The position numbers and the translations under genes were made by a program. Under the pieces are notes generated by a model that saw only the letters and a program-made list of their open reading frames with translations, did no database searches and was not told the DNA's origin. A DNA stretch of 63,654 nucleotides, the filler included, from Lenisia limosa (lineage: Eukaryota; Protista; Breviatea), in NCBI GenBank assembly GCA_001655205.1. It is 7 parts of 7 records of this genome, joined end to end, with 100 filler letters (N's around TTAATTAATTAA, not from the genome) between each part and the next. Parts side by side here need not be neighbours in the genome. Positions count along the whole stretch, not along the records: positions 61,770 to 63,654 come from LPNZ01000200.1; 6 more parts are not named here. One strand, written 5' to 3'. Shown here in pieces: positions 62,000 through 63,654 of the stretch (position 1 is the stretch's first letter; every line of letters begins with the position of its first letter).

Positions 62000-63654
62000 A
62001 AAATCTAGGAGACCAAATAAATACACTTATCATGAGTAAGGTAGATAGATAACATATAAAAAAAAAGGACGCTGAACTGAAACCGAGACACAAGGTAGAG
62101 ATAGTAACTGGACTTTTCTGCCCCCCACCCCCCACCGCCTCCCCGCACCTGTAATCTTAGTATGATATACAAAATCAATGTACATATATGCATAGAGTAT
62201 ACTGCATGATATACCTTTAGTAGATATACAAGCGCACCTGTAAACAATCGCTCGAAGTTCATCGTGCGAAAGATGCTTATGTAAGTGGCCAATTCTCTGC
62301 TGGGCAAACGTGTCAACATAGTGCTTGTCAAGGTGGACTCCTGCGAGCAGCGAAACCGAATCGCATTGGCACATTTGAAGGCCAAGTGGAACGCCAGAAT
62401 TGAGAATTTCATCAACAAACGGTCTTGTGGTGTCGATATTGGAGAGAGTCAATGATGATCTGGAGGGTGAGACTTGCCTTATTGGGAAGGGCTTGCCTTA
62501 TTATAACTCAAAAATGAAAGCATTTCTCATAGAAATAATAAACACTCCTCAAGTTAAAAAACAAAGTTGGGCATACCTGAGAAGGGAACGGAATATCTCT
62601 TCGGGAAGGTATCGGCTGCTTTTTGTGTCCACCATAACTACATGGAGTTACAAGGGTCGTAATAATAAAAAAACTATCTGTTCCGCATTATTATCTTGGT
62701 TTAAATTATTATCTCATATTGTTAGAATTCAACACGTTCAAATTATTATTATCCATCATATTGATGTTGCTTACATGACGGATCGAAGAACACGGAGCCC
62801 ATAAACTTGGCTACTTCCGCATAGAACAATTTGAGGAACGTCACAATCGGAATCCTAAAGGAGGTAAAACAGAGAACGCTGTGCATTCATGAAATAGAAT
62901 TATCCGTTTTCTCATTCCTTGAGGATTTGAATGAATCTTAGCGCTTCACTTCGGTTCGAAAAAAAGGACTGAAATTCTCGATAAATCCTCGAAAACTGTC
63001 GATAGTTTACCTTTTTTTTGAACCGAAGTGAAGCCCTACTGACCAGTTATCCCTAAATTGGACATTTGTGAAATAATTGAGGTCGTTGAGTCCTGCCAAA
63101 ATTTCGGTCCAGTTTTCAAGGGTGGCTCGTGTGTTACGCGACTGTAAGCGCCATCCATCCTTCGATGTAAGTAATAAGGAGAAATAATAACTCATTGTAG
63201 GTTTTCCTACGGTCCCAAAAAAGAAATTTTCTGGATAAATAATCGATAAACATTGATATTGTACCGGTCTTTATAGGACCGTAGGGAAGCAATAGAAATA
63301 ATAAAATGACCAAAACCGTCCACACCAAAGGAAAATCATTCTACCTACCGGGGTAGCAGTAGGGGCAGTGTTGTCTTTGCCTTGGACTCCCCTTCGTAGA
63401 TCTCCAATCGTGAACCTGGTGGAATTAAATATGATGCATTAGTATGACAAACAATATCATATGACTTCGGTAAGCTATATATAATCTACTAGATAGTTTT
63501 CAAAGATTTATCGAGAATTTCAGAGCATCAATAATGCAACACATGCTCAGATAATATGGGTATACTTCAGAACCAACCGCTCAATCCATGACAGCACGTA
63601 AACGATGCGCATACAGGCTGAGTCTTCCCTATCTAAAATCAAGGTGAGAGTTGT
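62000..63654 (-). CDS. Uncharacterised multi-exon gene entering from the right edge
   Basis: Exon-like reads DREDSACMRIVYVLSWIE, DSDCDVPQIVLCGSSQVYGLRVLRS, VMVDTKSSRYLPEEIFRSLLR and LSNIDTTRPFVDEIL. Confidence 0.3.
62939..63038 (+). mobile_element. hAT-type MITE family 1
   Basis: TAGCGCTTCACTTCGGTTC...GAACCGAAGTGAAGCCCTA; flanks do not match as a TSD. Confidence 0.9.
63198..63294 (+). mobile_element. hAT-type MITE family 1, subfamily B, degraded
   Basis: TAGGTTTTCCTACGGTCCC...GGACCGTAGGGAAGCAATA. Confidence 0.85.

Noticed and set aside
15028-63294. MITE copies as a CRISPR array, REP elements or introners
   Set aside because: They are dispersed rather than regularly spaced, have 8-bp TSDs, and lie inside introns without providing the splice sites.
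93-63328. Most ORFs in the supplied six-frame track, including those spanning N runs
   Set aside because: They are antisense shadows, intron read-through or N-bridged artefacts; the real genes are fragmented into short exons.
63491-63524. Fifteenth full MITE copy
   Set aside because: Only a core fragment (GATAGTTTTCAAAGATTTATCGAGAATTTCAG) with no TIRs.
1-63654. Alternative genetic code (TGA=Trp or TAR=Gln)
   Set aside because: Conserved Trp and Gln positions in ASCC3, TTLL and ATG4 use TGG and CAR, and genes end at TAA, TAG or TGA at the expected places.

Overview
Intron-dense nuclear DNA from a flagellated/ciliated microbial eukaryote. It uses the standard code and short GT-AG introns; the taxon cannot be determined from the sequence. 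It is a gappy draft scaffold: six 100-bp spacers (44N-TTAATTAATTAA-44N) are assembly linkers of unknown true size, and many other N gaps sit beside G/C homopolymers. I spliced gene models by eye. Recognisable genes are a membrane-anchored heparinase II/III-like lyase whose two catalytic halves appear separated by a LamG-containing insert, NAXD, a divergent Schlafen/UvrD-like SF1 helicase, an orphan SH3 last exon, ATG4, HYLS1, a dynein heavy chain fragment, tRNA-Cys(GCA), ASCC3/Slh1, a small XRCC4/PAXX-like candidate and TTLL6/13. Several uncharacterised genes are also present. The dominant non-coding signal is a ~95-bp hAT-type MITE family with 14 copies, TAGGG termini and 8-bp TSDs, including two TIR subfamilies and one nested insertion. 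There are also two other short dispersed repeats, splice-site-spanning tandem duplications and G-run/C-run intron ends. Protein family assignments come from remembered motifs, not database searches, and exon boundaries are approximate.
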